From contig JBBRPE010000001.1 in assembly GCA_038228545.1 (NCBI GenBank), positions 46,924 to 110,923 on the forward strand: a DNA stretch of 64,000 nucleotides, read 5' to 3'. Below the pieces are notes generated by a model, which was given only the letters and a program-made list of their open reading frames with translations, was not told where the DNA came from and did no database searches. Shown here piece after piece: positions 1-9,639 of the stretch (position 1 is the first letter of the stretch; every line of letters begins with the position of its first letter). The translations under genes were made by a program, and so were the position numbers. The DNA is from Minisyncoccia bacterium (GTDB taxonomy: Bacteria > Patescibacteriota > Minisyncoccia > Phycocordibacterales > Phycocordibacteraceae).

Positions 1-150
1 CCCGAAGAAACTCATTGTATATCCTCCTATAACCGCCCCGATAACGCCGACGACAATATCCATAAGGATACCGCCGTTCGTTTTCATAATGATCGAGGCA
101 ACCCAGCCCACAATGGCACCGAACACAATCCATAGAAGAATTCCCATAGC
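1..150 (-). CDS. GlsB/YeaQ/YmgE-family small membrane protein (partial; C-terminus runs off the window start)
   Basis: Minus-strand translation from the ATG at ~148-150 gives MGILLWIVFGAIVGWVASIIMKTNGGILMDIVVGVIGAVIGGYTMSFFG: two Gly-rich TM helices typical of the transglycosylase-associated/YeaQ family. Absent from the ORF track because truncated. Confidence 0.5.
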
Positions 151-227
151 TATTGTTTTTACTCTCTTATAAAGCAACCACAGCTATATAATCATCATGA
201 TACTGAAGAAAAGATGAAGAGTTCATA

Positions 228-268
228 GTAAAGAAAAGGCCGCCCGCGGGTGCGGGCGGCCTTGCAGT
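228..268 (-). terminator. intrinsic terminator after the XRE-family gene
   Basis: GC hairpin ggccgcccgc-gggt-gcgggcggcc, followed on the minus strand by a ttttcttt tract. Confidence 0.5.
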
Positions 269-286
269 CTCGACTTGGGCAAAAAA

Positions 287-718
287 CTATGCCTGCCTTC
301 GCGGCATGAACGGCTTGCGCTTAGGTGTGCGCTTTGCATCCGCCTTGCGACGTTCCTGCTGGAATCGCCAGTCACCGTACTGGGAGCGCGTAGTGCGTTC
401 ACGGGATGACAACGTAACGGACGCCGTCTTGGCAGGCGTCGAACCCGTACGGACACGATATACGTGCTCGTGTCGCATGAATGCGGCACGCAGCGCAAGG
501 ACGGTCTGTAGGTGTGGACGCATGGTGACACGTTCGCCCAGATTACGGACGGTGACATATGACAGACCTGAATCGCGTGCCAGGTCATCCCACGAAAGGC
601 CGAATAGCCTGTCGGAGTGGATGACCAGCCCGCGAAGATCTTCTAGGACGCCTACGAAGGCCTCCTTGAAGTCTTTTTTCGGATCCAGATCGAGCAGTCT
701 ATCAAACATACTTTGCAT
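287..718 (-). CDS. XRE-family helix-turn-helix transcriptional regulator
   Basis: The segment LARDSGLSYVTVRNLGERVTMRPHLQTVLALRAAF fits the HTH_XRE pattern, with a basic C-terminal tail. The overlapping ORFs 223..588(-) and 306..737(+) were judged spurious. Confidence 0.55.
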   Translation of the reverse strand: MQSMFDRLLDLDPKKDFKEAFVGVLEDLRGLVIHSDRLFGLSWDDLARDSGLSYVTVRNLGERVTMRPHLQTVLALRAAFMRHEHVYRVRTGSTPAKTASVTLSSRERTTRSQYGDWRFQQERRKADAKRTPKRKPFMPRRQA

Positions 719-798
719 GTTTCCCCCATGCGGTTAACGAAAACTGGAAAGATCAGTGTCCTAATACTGACACAAAACTGCTCTGTGGTCAATAGTTC

Positions 799-1236
799 TT
801 ATTTCTTCGCCGGTTTTGTGTACAAATGTTTTTCTGCAGGACAACGGCATGGCAGACAATGGTCAACGCAGTAGTCCTTTCCATAATCATACGTAAGCTC
901 CTCACCCATCTTTATATTCTTCTTTGAAAAAATGAAGATTTTTCCCTTTGCTATCTCCGGCTCGCAATTTGGTTTACAAGAGTGATTGATATATCCAGCT
1001 TTATTCCACCTCGGCTTACCGTCGATGGTTTTGCTCTTCGTAATCTCAAACAGATATCTGCTTCTACTGGTGTAGGCTTCCTTTTCCGAAATCACGCGTC
1101 CGATATATTCAATAACGCACTTCCCTTTTGGAATGTCCTCACCGGCAAAAAGACCGAGACCGGCCAATGAACGATGTACCCGGAGGTCGTAACCTCCGGG
1201 TGTGTATTTAGATGCGCGAACGACTTTCTTCTTCAT
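799..1236 (-). CDS. SET-domain protein (protein-lysine methyltransferase-like)
   Basis: Motifs NHSCKPNC and ELTYDYG, plus a C-terminal Cys cluster (post-SET). Confidence 0.8.
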   Translation of the reverse strand: MKKKVVRASKYTPGGYDLRVHRSLAGLGLFAGEDIPKGKCVIEYIGRVISEKEAYTSRSRYLFEITKSKTIDGKPRWNKAGYINHSCKPNCEPEIAKGKIFIFSKKNIKMGEELTYDYGKDYCVDHCLPCRCPAEKHLYTKPAKK

Positions 1237-1928
1237 GTGATTGGAACACCATAGCGTATTCCTTCGCTTTGGGAAAGGTTACTATGAACTGCATGCTCGT
1301 ACCGTTTGGCCTTGAGGAGAAAGAACTCGCTATACTGAAGCGACTTTCTACTCCCGCGAAGATTCAGGACTACCTGGACAAGCTCGCGGTTAACCATGAG
1401 AAACAAAATGAGACCTGTATGTCTCCACGCCAGGTCATGAAGGAGCGTAAGGCGCACTGTATAGAGGGAGCATTTCTTGCGGCCGCCGCGTTCTGGCTCC
1501 ACGGGGAGCCGGCACTCCTCATGGAGCTTAAAGTCGCGCGAGGCGACCAAGACCACGCAGTAGCTCTCTATAAACGAAACGGTTACTGGGGAGCTGTTTC
1601 CAAAACAAACCATGTCTCATTACGCTTTCGAGACCCGGTATACAAAACCATTCGTGAATTAGCACTCTCCTATTTCCACGAGTACTTTCTCAATAGTGAT
1701 GGGAAGAAAACGCTGCGTGCGTACACGCGAGCTTTTTCACTCAAACGCTTCGGCACAAAATGGGTGACGAGTGAAAAGGATTTATGGCATATCGCCTACG
1801 CACTTCAGGATGCTCCTGAGTTCCCTATTTATCCACCGGAAAATCAAAAGTATCTCCGGAACGCAGACCGTATGGAACGCAAAGCGGGTCGCATTATCGA
1901 GTGGCCAAAATCCCATCCGCGCACCTAA
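1212..1928 (+). CDS. hypothetical protein, possible papain-like Cys/His hydrolase; true start probably ~1284 (MNCMLVPF)
   Basis: Long ORF with a candidate catalytic Cys (HCIEGAFLAA) and a downstream DQDHAV. No confident family assignment. Confidence 0.4.
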   Translation: MRERLSSSCDWNTIAYSFALGKVTMNCMLVPFGLEEKELAILKRLSTPAKIQDYLDKLAVNHEKQNETCMSPRQVMKERKAHCIEGAFLAAAAFWLHGEPALLMELKVARGDQDHAVALYKRNGYWGAVSKTNHVSLRFRDPVYKTIRELALSYFHEYFLNSDGKKTLRAYTRAFSLKRFGTKWVTSEKDLWHIAYALQDAPEFPIYPPENQKYLRNADRMERKAGRIIEWPKSHPRT

Positions 1929-1961
1929 TCCGCAAAAGCTTAGAAGTGCTACACTCGACCA

Positions 1962-2846
1962 ATGAAGACGCCACTCCAGGGGATTGCACCTCTCCTTATC
2001 GTCGGTATTATTGCCGGAATTGCCCTTCTGGGCGGCATTGGCTACGGCGGTTACTGGCTTGATAGCAAGCTCACAGTGACGCAATCCGACCTTGCATCGA
2101 CCACCGCCGCGAACGCAACCCTAGCCAATTCGCTCGCTGACCAACAGAAACAGAATGCCGACCTGACTGATCGCTATAATGCAGCACTCGCAAAGAACGG
2201 CGATTTCGAACATCAGATTTCTGATATCACAAGCACGGTCGGCAGACTTACGAAGCTCACCCAGACCGATAAGGAGCTTTTACAGAAGTATTCGCGTGTT
2301 TACTTTTTGAATGAAAACTATACTCCGTCGGCACTTGCGCCGATAGATAGCAACTACATACTCCAGCCCACGCGTACCTACCAAATACACGCCAAGGTAA
2401 AGCCATTCCTCGAGAACATGCTGGCAGACGCAAAAGATGCAGGTGTTCCTATTCTTGTGCTTTCTTCGTATCGCTCCTTTGGCGAGCAAGCAGCACTCAA
2501 AAATAGCTATAAAGTCAGCTACGGCTCAGGAAGCAACAAATTCTCAGCCGACCAAGGGTACTCTGAGCATCAGCTCGGGACGGCAGTAGACCTCACTACC
2601 TCGGACATCGCTGGCACATCGGTAGCATTCGCAAAGTCCTCTGCAGGTGCGTGGATGGACGCGAACGCCTACAAGTACGGATTCATACTTTCCTATCCTG
2701 CAGGCAATACGTTCTACCAATATGAGCCGTGGCACTGGCGTTTTGTCGGTGTTTCGCTCGCCACCTATCTCCACAACACCAACGTGCACTTCTACGATAT
2801 GGCGCAACGTGACATAGATACTTATCTGGTTTCTATCTTCGATTAA
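1962..2846 (+). CDS. D-alanyl-D-alanine carboxypeptidase, VanY/peptidase M15B family, with N-terminal TM and coiled coil
   Basis: LSSYRSFGEQ ... SEHQLGTAVDL (SxHxxGxAxD zinc motif) and a C-terminal W-H motif. Confidence 0.8.
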   Translation: MKTPLQGIAPLLIVGIIAGIALLGGIGYGGYWLDSKLTVTQSDLASTTAANATLANSLADQQKQNADLTDRYNAALAKNGDFEHQISDITSTVGRLTKLTQTDKELLQKYSRVYFLNENYTPSALAPIDSNYILQPTRTYQIHAKVKPFLENMLADAKDAGVPILVLSSYRSFGEQAALKNSYKVSYGSGSNKFSADQGYSEHQLGTAVDLTTSDIAGTSVAFAKSSAGAWMDANAYKYGFILSYPAGNTFYQYEPWHWRFVGVSLATYLHNTNVHFYDMAQRDIDTYLVSIFD

Positions 2847-2956
2847 GACAGACAGTGCGCACGTACAGACGTATTCAAATGCCACATTTTAATACAAGTT
2901 AAGACAAGATTAAAACAGGAAATTTAACTGCACGAGTCAAACCGAATATACAGCAC

Positions 2957-2994
2957 CATCATCATCTTGTGACGACCGTCACAAGATGATGATG
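2957..2994. repeat. long perfect palindrome, copy 1 (catcatcatcttgtgacg-ac-cgtcacaagatgatgatg)
   Basis: 18-nt arms with a 2-nt centre. Intergenic, upstream of pilB. Shares the core cttgtgacg-NN-cgtcacaag with the copies at ~8973 and ~9640. Confidence 0.8.
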
Positions 2995-3082
2995 CGGTAT
3001 GTAACCGTGTTTCAACTTATGGTGTTGTTACTATCCACGTTTCATCTGAATACAGATAATTCGTATCGTATACTGACGCCAC

Positions 3083-4327
3083 ATGAACTCCCTGCCGCAC
3101 GCTCGCCGTGGCAGTATGAACGCGATGCTTGTATCGCGTTTGGATGACGAGCTCTCTACTAATTCGTCCGTTTCAATCATAGAAGTGGTTGAGCTTCTTA
3201 TCGCGCAAGCTCACGCAACAGGTGCTTCCGATATTCACATTGACCCCTCTCGCGAATATTTACGCACCAGGCTTCGCATTGATGGCGTATTAGTAGATTA
3301 CCGTCAGCTTCCAAAAAACATACAGCACGAGATAATATCTCGCATTAAAATTCTTTCGGCGCTCCGTACTGATGAACACCAGATGCCTCAAGATGGCCGA
3401 TTTCGGTACGAGTTGCCTGACGGCGCTTTCATAGATATGCGTGTATCCATTGCACCAACATATTACGGAGAAAATGTGGTACTCCGTCTCCTCACCAATA
3501 ATCATGAAGAATTCACTTTAAGTCGTCTCGGCTTTAATCAAAGTGACATCCGTAGGATAGAGCAGGCGCTTAAGAAACAGAATGGAATGATACTTGCGAC
3601 TGGGCCCACAGGCTCAGGTAAAACAACAACGCTCTATACACTGCTTAAGAGTCTAAACACTCCTGATGTATCAATTATTACTATCGAAGACCCTATCGAA
3701 TACTCCGTTGATTCCATTGAGCAAATACAGGTTAACGCCCGTACCGGACTTACTTTTGCTACAGGTCTTCGTTCCATACTTCGACAGGATCCGGACATCA
3801 TCATGGTCGGTGAAATTCGCGACGCAGAAACCGCTAACATAGCCGTGAACACTGCCCTTACCGGCCACCTTCTTCTTTCGACTCTTCACACAAATGACGC
3901 TGCGACGACACTTCCGCGACTTACCGATATGGGTATCGATCCCTATCTCGTCGCTTCAACCATTACGATAGCCATCGGGCAGCGCCTTGTCCGCCGTATT
4001 TGTGAGTCCTGTGCGGAAACAATTTCCGTGACGCCCGCGCTTGCCGAATCGCTTGCGCATCTTGATATACATCCAGGAGAGCCATTCCGTCGCACTATCG
4101 GATGTGATGCCTGCGGTGGAACAGGCTACGTAGGTCGTCTTTCTATTAATGAAGTACTCGTGGCCGATGCGGACATCCAAGAAGCAATATTACGAAAAGC
4201 ATCTCCTGTCGAGCTTCGTCGTATTGCGGTTGCGAACGGTATGACCACGATGATTACTGACGCTCTCACGAAAGCCAGAGCTGGAGAGACCTCTCTTAAA
4301 GAGATGCTTCGTGTAATTCATGACTAA
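3083..4327 (+). CDS. pilB: type IV pilus assembly ATPase PilB/GspE
   Basis: Walker A GPTGSGKTT and a GspE-type CxxC tetracysteine near the C-terminus (CESC...CDAC). Confidence 0.9.
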   Translation: MNSLPHARRGSMNAMLVSRLDDELSTNSSVSIIEVVELLIAQAHATGASDIHIDPSREYLRTRLRIDGVLVDYRQLPKNIQHEIISRIKILSALRTDEHQMPQDGRFRYELPDGAFIDMRVSIAPTYYGENVVLRLLTNNHEEFTLSRLGFNQSDIRRIEQALKKQNGMILATGPTGSGKTTTLYTLLKSLNTPDVSIITIEDPIEYSVDSIEQIQVNARTGLTFATGLRSILRQDPDIIMVGEIRDAETANIAVNTALTGHLLLSTLHTNDAATTLPRLTDMGIDPYLVASTITIAIGQRLVRRICESCAETISVTPALAESLAHLDIHPGEPFRRTIGCDACGGTGYVGRLSINEVLVADADIQEAILRKASPVELRRIAVANGMTTMITDALTKARAGETSLKEMLRVIHD

Positions 4328-5435
4328 CACCCTAAGCGCTATTCTGTTACAACGTCTAAAAGACTCCGTTAGGTATATATATCGCCCACGGTTCAACCTT
4401 CGTGACCAAATCTTTCTCGCTAAACGGCTCTCATTCCTAACGAAAGCGGGAATACCTCTTATAGAAGCAGTCACCATGCTACAAGGCCAGACACGATCGA
4501 AAACAAAGGCGGCAATGTTAGGACGTATCGGTACGGACTTGGCAGGTGGCCACTATCTAGCAACCTGTTTGGTCCGTACACAAGACGTCTTTGGAGATTT
4601 CGGTATTAATCTTATTCGGGTCGGCGAATCAAGCGGTATTCTTACACAGAATCTGACCTATCTTGCGGATGAATTGGGTAAACGACACCTACTTCGCACC
4701 AAAGTGCTCAGTGCACTTCTCTACCCCGCGTTCATTACCGTAGCTACACTCGGGATAACATCTATGCTTACGGTCTACATCTTTCCGAAAATAATGCCGA
4801 TATTTGTATCACTCCACGTACCCCTGCCACTCACTACACGAATGCTTATTGGGGTATCGAATTACCTCCGCAGCTGGGGTCTGCTTACACTATTCGTTGT
4901 CATTATTCTAGGGATAGGATGTACCATTATTCGAAATCGTCTTGAAATCATCCGTTACGTAACGGATACAGCCCTTTTGCATCTACCCTTTGCCGCGCCA
5001 ATTGCGAGAAGTTATAACCTGGCAAATTTTTGTAGGACCCTTGGTCTTATGCTTAATTCTGGCGTCCCGGTAGCTTCTGCCGTGACCATAACCGCGGAAA
5101 CAACACCAAACCGAGTGTACCGAGTTCAGTATCATCGTCTTGCAGAACATGTTACGCGAGGCGAGCCCTTGGCACGTAGTCTGGCATCTGCTCCAGACCT
5201 ATTCCCCGACACACTAACGCACATGATAGCCGTTGGGGAAACCTCTGGCAGTCTTGCTCAATCACTTACGTACCTTGCCGAATTATATGAACTCGAAGTG
5301 GAAGAAGGTACAAAAAATCTCTCTTCATCAATAGAACCGATACTCATGCTCGTAATGGGATTGCTCGTAGGAATTATTGCTGTCTCCGTTATTACTCCTA
5401 TTTATGAAATTACTCAGCACCTTTCACCGCGATAA
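4320..5435 (+). CDS. pilC: type IV pilus inner-membrane platform protein PilC/GspF
   Basis: Duplicated GspF-type domains with 3-4 TM segments. Overlaps the pilB stop. Confidence 0.85.
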   Translation: MTNTLSAILLQRLKDSVRYIYRPRFNLRDQIFLAKRLSFLTKAGIPLIEAVTMLQGQTRSKTKAAMLGRIGTDLAGGHYLATCLVRTQDVFGDFGINLIRVGESSGILTQNLTYLADELGKRHLLRTKVLSALLYPAFITVATLGITSMLTVYIFPKIMPIFVSLHVPLPLTTRMLIGVSNYLRSWGLLTLFVVIILGIGCTIIRNRLEIIRYVTDTALLHLPFAAPIARSYNLANFCRTLGLMLNSGVPVASAVTITAETTPNRVYRVQYHRLAEHVTRGEPLARSLASAPDLFPDTLTHMIAVGETSGSLAQSLTYLAELYELEVEEGTKNLSSSIEPILMLVMGLLVGIIAVSVITPIYEITQHLSPR

Positions 5436-5439
5436 TGGT

Positions 5440-5916
5440 ATGGAAAGTCCTATAGATAGAATACATCGCGCCTTTACGCTTATTGAAACACTCGTAGTAC
5501 TTGGCCTTATCGGTGCGCTTATGACGCTCAGCCTACTACTTTCCATGGACGTGTATCGATCTACTGCATTTCGTTCGACACGAGCAGTGTTGGTGAGTAC
5601 GCTCACGACGGCGCGTTCCCGTTCGCTTGCAAACTTAAACCAGTCACCACATGGCGTATGTTCATTACCCCCAGATCTTATTCTTTTTGAGGGAGAAATG
5701 TACGACCCAGCTTCACCTATGAATGAACGTATACCCGGAAACCCTGCGGTACAGCTTACTTCGGTTAATGATTTCTTCGATTGCACAAAAGGAGTAGGGA
5801 TTATTTTTAGCCAGCTTGAAGCGACAACGAGCGAGAACGACATGATTGTCCTAACGGAACGTGGGCACAAAAATACAGATGTACGAGTGAACGAAGAGGG
5901 CACGATTCTTTGGTAG
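5440..5916 (+). CDS. pseudopilin with prepilin-type N-terminal cleavage/methylation domain
   Basis: RAFTLIETLVVLGLIGALM. Internal start chosen because the track ORF 5377.. overlaps pilC. Confidence 0.7.
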   Translation: MESPIDRIHRAFTLIETLVVLGLIGALMTLSLLLSMDVYRSTAFRSTRAVLVSTLTTARSRSLANLNQSPHGVCSLPPDLILFEGEMYDPASPMNERIPGNPAVQLTSVNDFFDCTKGVGIIFSQLEATTSENDMIVLTERGHKNTDVRVNEEGTILW

Positions 5917-5920
5917 TAGC

Positions 5921-7423
5921 ATGACGGCGTCTTTCCATACAAGACCAGTACCTAAAGGCAACAGTATCATCGAGCTTGTTATTGCTTTCGCTGTACTGAC
6001 ACTTACTCTTACTGCTGTCATCTCCGTATTCTTCGGAAACCAATCTGCTGCAGTAGACACAGAAACAGCAACTGAAGCACTGGCGCGTGCTCATGCGATG
6101 CTGGAATATGAACGCACATTTACCTCGAACGCGTATCTTTCCGCCAGTTCTACGAACAACCTAGTCACGCGTGGTGGACTCACCTACACAGAAACGATGT
6201 CGATTGAAGACATGACTCCGTGTGAAAAACAGGCTACCGCGAGTGTTGCCTGGAATACCAGTACACTCCGTCCACAAAAGACGGAAGTTACCACCTATCT
6301 TGTGGACATTCTCTCCACCCTTCTTCTTGGTGGCGATTGCGATACCGCTACAACAACTGGTTCATGGGCGTTGCCGAATCTGTTTGCCTCCGACACAGTT
6401 TCGCCTGCAAAGGCTACTGCCCTCGACGTGCTCGATGGCACTGTATACATGGCCGTTGACACGGCACCTTTTCTGAAAATAGCGTCAGGGGCGGGAGCGA
6501 CGCTTCACCAGAGTGGCGGACTTTTTATACAGTTTACAACCGGATTCAACCCTGGAAATAAGATAAATTCTATTGATGTATTCCGGTGGACGAATCCGGC
6601 ATCGGGAGACGTTAGGCGCTATATATTCGCAACCATGAACACAAGTGCGAACCAGCTCAAGATTATAGATGTTACGGTTCCGTCGGCCCCACTCATTACA
6701 GCGACGCTCTCCCTATCTTCATGTGTAACCGGCTCTTTCCCCCAAGGATGGTATGCAGTTGCCTACGGTAACCGTCTCTACCTTGTTACGCGCGAGACAG
6801 CCGGACCCGAATTGCATATTATCGATATTTCTACACCATCGTCCCCAACCGAGCTCTCTGTAGGAAGTGCCGGCTGTAGGGGTTTCCAATTGAACGATAC
6901 GGTAGAGGAGATGGTTGTGCGTGATCAACCGGTGAATGGTATTCGAAGAAGGTATGCCTATCTCGCAACTGATGAGTCTAATCGTGAACTCCGCGTGCTT
7001 GATGTTACTGATCCCTACAACGTCACGGAAGTACAAGATGTGGATTTACCAGGAATTCAAGACGGCTCAAGCTTGTATGTCATAGGTTCGAGATTATATT
7101 TCGGCCGGTTAAACGTTTCTACCGGACCCGAATTATACGTATTTGACGTGACGTCTCCTGTATCCGGACTTATCCAACTTGCAACACAGGAAATAGGTGC
7201 AGACGTACTTTCGATTCGTGTCGAAAACGGTTTAGCATTTCTCGGAACCCGAAAAAATAATAAGGAGCTCCAGGTATGGAACATTCAGGACCTTTCGCAC
7301 ATAACTAACGTATCCACGTTCCATGTCCCAAATTTAGTATCTCGAGGGGTCGATTATGAAGCCCCGTATCTATTCGTAGGGGCGCAGACAAATCCGACCC
7401 TGCAGGTGCTGTATACCCGCTAG
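5921..7423 (+). CDS. pilin-like protein fused to an LVIVD-repeat beta-propeller (candidate pilus-tip adhesin / minor pilin)
   Basis: N-terminal KGNSIIELVIAFAVLTL (prepilin-like, Glu at +5). At least five repeats of the form x-EL-hIhDhSxPxxP (ELHIIDISTPSSP, ELRVLDVTDPYNV, ELYVFDVTSPVSG, ELQVWNIQDLSHI, QLKIIDVTVPSAP) match the LVIVD repeat family. Confidence 0.65.
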   Translation: MTASFHTRPVPKGNSIIELVIAFAVLTLTLTAVISVFFGNQSAAVDTETATEALARAHAMLEYERTFTSNAYLSASSTNNLVTRGGLTYTETMSIEDMTPCEKQATASVAWNTSTLRPQKTEVTTYLVDILSTLLLGGDCDTATTTGSWALPNLFASDTVSPAKATALDVLDGTVYMAVDTAPFLKIASGAGATLHQSGGLFIQFTTGFNPGNKINSIDVFRWTNPASGDVRRYIFATMNTSANQLKIIDVTVPSAPLITATLSLSSCVTGSFPQGWYAVAYGNRLYLVTRETAGPELHIIDISTPSSPTELSVGSAGCRGFQLNDTVEEMVVRDQPVNGIRRRYAYLATDESNRELRVLDVTDPYNVTEVQDVDLPGIQDGSSLYVIGSRLYFGRLNVSTGPELYVFDVTSPVSGLIQLATQEIGADVLSIRVENGLAFLGTRKNNKELQVWNIQDLSHITNVSTFHVPNLVSRGVDYEAPYLFVGAQTNPTLQVLYTR

Positions 7424-7436
7424 CAAGAAATGGTAT

Positions 7437-7883
7437 ATGCCTAATCGCGCCTTTACTCTCATAGAAACGATTATCTATATAGCGCTTTTCGGCTTACTCA
7501 TGACCGGAGTACTAACGAGCGTCTATGGACTATTAGAGAATAGTGACCGGCTTTCCGTACACACTACGACTGAGGACGAGGGGACATTCGTTCTCCGCAA
7601 ATTAGAATGGATTTTCGAGAATACCGCGAGCGTACAGAGTCCTTCCTCGGGGTATGGTGAAAAGCTCTCGGTCACACTCACTGACGGCACACATGTAACC
7701 ATAACAAAAACGGCGACTACTATTGGACTAACGAGAGGTACCGACATGACTCCAAACGCTCTCACGAGCGCAAATGTCACCGTACAGTCCCTGGGTTTCT
7801 ATATTTTGCCGGGAGGAGGTATTGAAGCATCTACAACTGTGGATGGAAGAATGTTTACAACTCGTTCGTATCTTCAAAAATAA
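7437..7883 (+). CDS. pseudopilin (prepilin-type N-terminus)
   Basis: MPNRAFTLIETIIYIALFGLLM. Confidence 0.75.
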   Translation: MPNRAFTLIETIIYIALFGLLMTGVLTSVYGLLENSDRLSVHTTTEDEGTFVLRKLEWIFENTASVQSPSSGYGEKLSVTLTDGTHVTITKTATTIGLTRGTDMTPNALTSANVTVQSLGFYILPGGGIEASTTVDGRMFTTRSYLQK

Positions 7884-7885
7884 AT

Positions 7886-8296
7886 ATGTTTAAGAATTCG
7901 AAACCTCGTGGATTCATAGCACTTATGTCAGCACTTATTATTGCTACGGTTCTTTTACTTATAGCAACTGGTGGAAGCCTTTCCGGTTTCTATGGGCGTA
8001 TGGATTCACTTGATTTCGAAGCAAAGGAACGGAGCGCTTGGCTTGCACGTGCGTGCGTTGAGCATACTCTTCAAGCGCTTGCACATGATCCGTCTTACAC
8101 AGCACTCGCGACAACCTCGCTTACAGAGGCCGATTCCTGTTACACCGGTCTTATTAAACGAGACGGCACTCCACCTAACGAGCTGTATTCTTTTAAAACT
8201 CGTGCCACTGTCATGAGTGCGTACACAATCTATACAGTTTCCGTACGAGGTTCTGATCTATCCGTGCAGTCTTTTACTGAGTTACCCACATTCTGA
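7886..8296 (+). CDS. minor pilin-like protein (PilX/GspK-like N-terminal helix lacking Glu at +5)
   Basis: RGFIALMSALIIATVLLLIA hydrophobic N-terminus. Sits within the pilin gene cluster. Confidence 0.45.
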   Translation: MFKNSKPRGFIALMSALIIATVLLLIATGGSLSGFYGRMDSLDFEAKERSAWLARACVEHTLQALAHDPSYTALATTSLTEADSCYTGLIKRDGTPPNELYSFKTRATVMSAYTIYTVSVRGSDLSVQSFTELPTF

Positions 8297-8362
8297 TCGT
8301 TGAACATTACGAGGCCAGTGCTACATTCCTTATAGTTCGATTACAAGCTCGTACTACACACT

Positions 8363-8836
8363 ATGAAACCTGCTCGCCAAGGTTATGTCTCTCGCATTCC
8401 TCGTGGATTCACTCTTATCGAAATTCTCGTTGTTATAGGTATCATCGCAATTCTTGCGGCCATTGTTATCATCGCCATTAATCCGGCGCGTCAGTTTAAG
8501 CAAGCACATGACAGTCAGCGTGTTTCAAATGTAAACGCAATTCTCAACGGTATAGGTCAAAATATTGCCGACCACAAAGGAGTCTTTACGTGCGCAGTAG
8601 CACTTCCGACAACTGCAACCGTTATTAGTAGCACCGGACTTGATGTACGCTCGTGTCTCGTCCCCACTTACCTTCCAGAGCTTCCGGTTGATCCAACCAC
8701 AGGCACTGCCTGTGTAGATGCGGCATGCACCGCAGGTTACACGACAGGCTACACGGTCCTCCAGGACTCAGTTACAGGACGTGTGACCGTGAGCGCCGTT
8801 GGTGAAGTAACACCAGCAATAAGCGTCACGCGTTAA
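8363..8836 (+). CDS. type IVa major pilin
   Basis: PRGFTLIEILVVIGIIAILAAIV, a canonical class III signal with G^FTLIE. The C-terminal region carries several Cys (likely disulfide-bonded D-region). Confidence 0.8.
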   Translation: MKPARQGYVSRIPRGFTLIEILVVIGIIAILAAIVIIAINPARQFKQAHDSQRVSNVNAILNGIGQNIADHKGVFTCAVALPTTATVISSTGLDVRSCLVPTYLPELPVDPTTGTACVDAACTAGYTTGYTVLQDSVTGRVTVSAVGEVTPAISVTR

Positions 8837-8852
8837 CGTAGGATTTTGCACG

Positions 8853-8893
8853 CATATGGCCCGCCTCTGGCGGGCCATATGTATTTCTATATT
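8853..8893 (+). terminator. intrinsic terminator after the major pilin gene
   Basis: catatggcccgcc-tct-ggcgggccatatg hairpin followed by tatttctatatt. Confidence 0.6.
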
Positions 8894-8972
8894 CCGGTCT
8901 TAGTCTCTGTCTATTTCTCCCTCCCCCTCTGATTCTGATTCTTTTAAGGTTTAAGTTTTCTTTTTCGTAATT

Positions 8973-9018
8973 CCACTATCCCCATCTTGTGACGGTCGTC
9001 ACAAGATGGGGATAGTGG
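8973..9018. repeat. long perfect palindrome, copy 2 (ccactatccccatcttgtgacg-gt-cgtcacaagatggggatagtgg)
   Basis: 22-nt arms. Lies immediately upstream of the regulator gene at 9036. Confidence 0.8.
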
Positions 9019-9035
9019 AGCGGTAAGATGACCGC

Positions 9036-9620
9036 ATGGGAAAGCTCGAAGCACAGGCCAAGCACGAACGGCGTCTCGGAGAGTTCGAACGCGCCATACT
9101 CGGCGTTACTGCTGCAGCCGGAATAGTCGCTGTAGGCGTTATCGCACCAAAACTTCTTTCATTAGTTCGGTACATACCTCAAAGTAACTCAAAATTTCGC
9201 TATCGAACGAAATCAACACTCACCAAGCTTGCGACACGAGGACTAATTACTTTCAGTAGCGAAGACGGGAAACGATACGCACGTTTAACTGAAAAGGGTG
9301 AGAAGCACATGGAGTATGAGACGCAGAAGCTCGTACTTACGCAGAATGCACGCAAACGCTGGGATAAGCGATGGCGGATAGTTACATTTGATATCCCAGA
9401 AGCTCGCAGACGAACTCGCACCCAGCTCCGTTACACCATGCAGGAAGCAGGATTCTATCGACTTCAGAATAGTGTATGGGTACTTCCGTATGACTGCGAA
9501 GACTTGATTACCCTTCTTAAGGCGGACCTTAAGGTCGGCAAAGACGTTCTTTACATTATTGCGGAGCATATCGAACACGATGCCGAGCTCCGCTCTCACT
9601 TCAACCTCCCAGCTGCCTAG
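9036..9620 (+). CDS. membrane-anchored winged-helix regulator with C-terminal Cas2/VapD-like (PaaX_C-like) domain
   Basis: TM helix ILGVTAAAGIVAVGVIAP. wHTH LTKLATRGLITFSSEDGKRYARLTEKG. C-terminal WRIVTFDIPEARRRTRTQLRYTMQEAGFYRLQNSVWVLPY resembles the Cas2 core fold. No CRISPR array in the window. Confidence 0.5.
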   Translation: MGKLEAQAKHERRLGEFERAILGVTAAAGIVAVGVIAPKLLSLVRYIPQSNSKFRYRTKSTLTKLATRGLITFSSEDGKRYARLTEKGEKHMEYETQKLVLTQNARKRWDKRWRIVTFDIPEARRRTRTQLRYTMQEAGFYRLQNSVWVLPYDCEDLITLLKADLKVGKDVLYIIAEHIEHDAELRSHFNLPAA

Positions 9621-9639
9621 GCTTACTTGCCCGAAGGAC

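Noticed and set aside
223-737. ORFs 223-588 (-) and 306-737 (+) overlapping the XRE-family gene
   Set aside because: Only the 287-718 minus frame shows a helix-turn-helix domain. The others are Arg/Ser/Cys-rich shadow frames.
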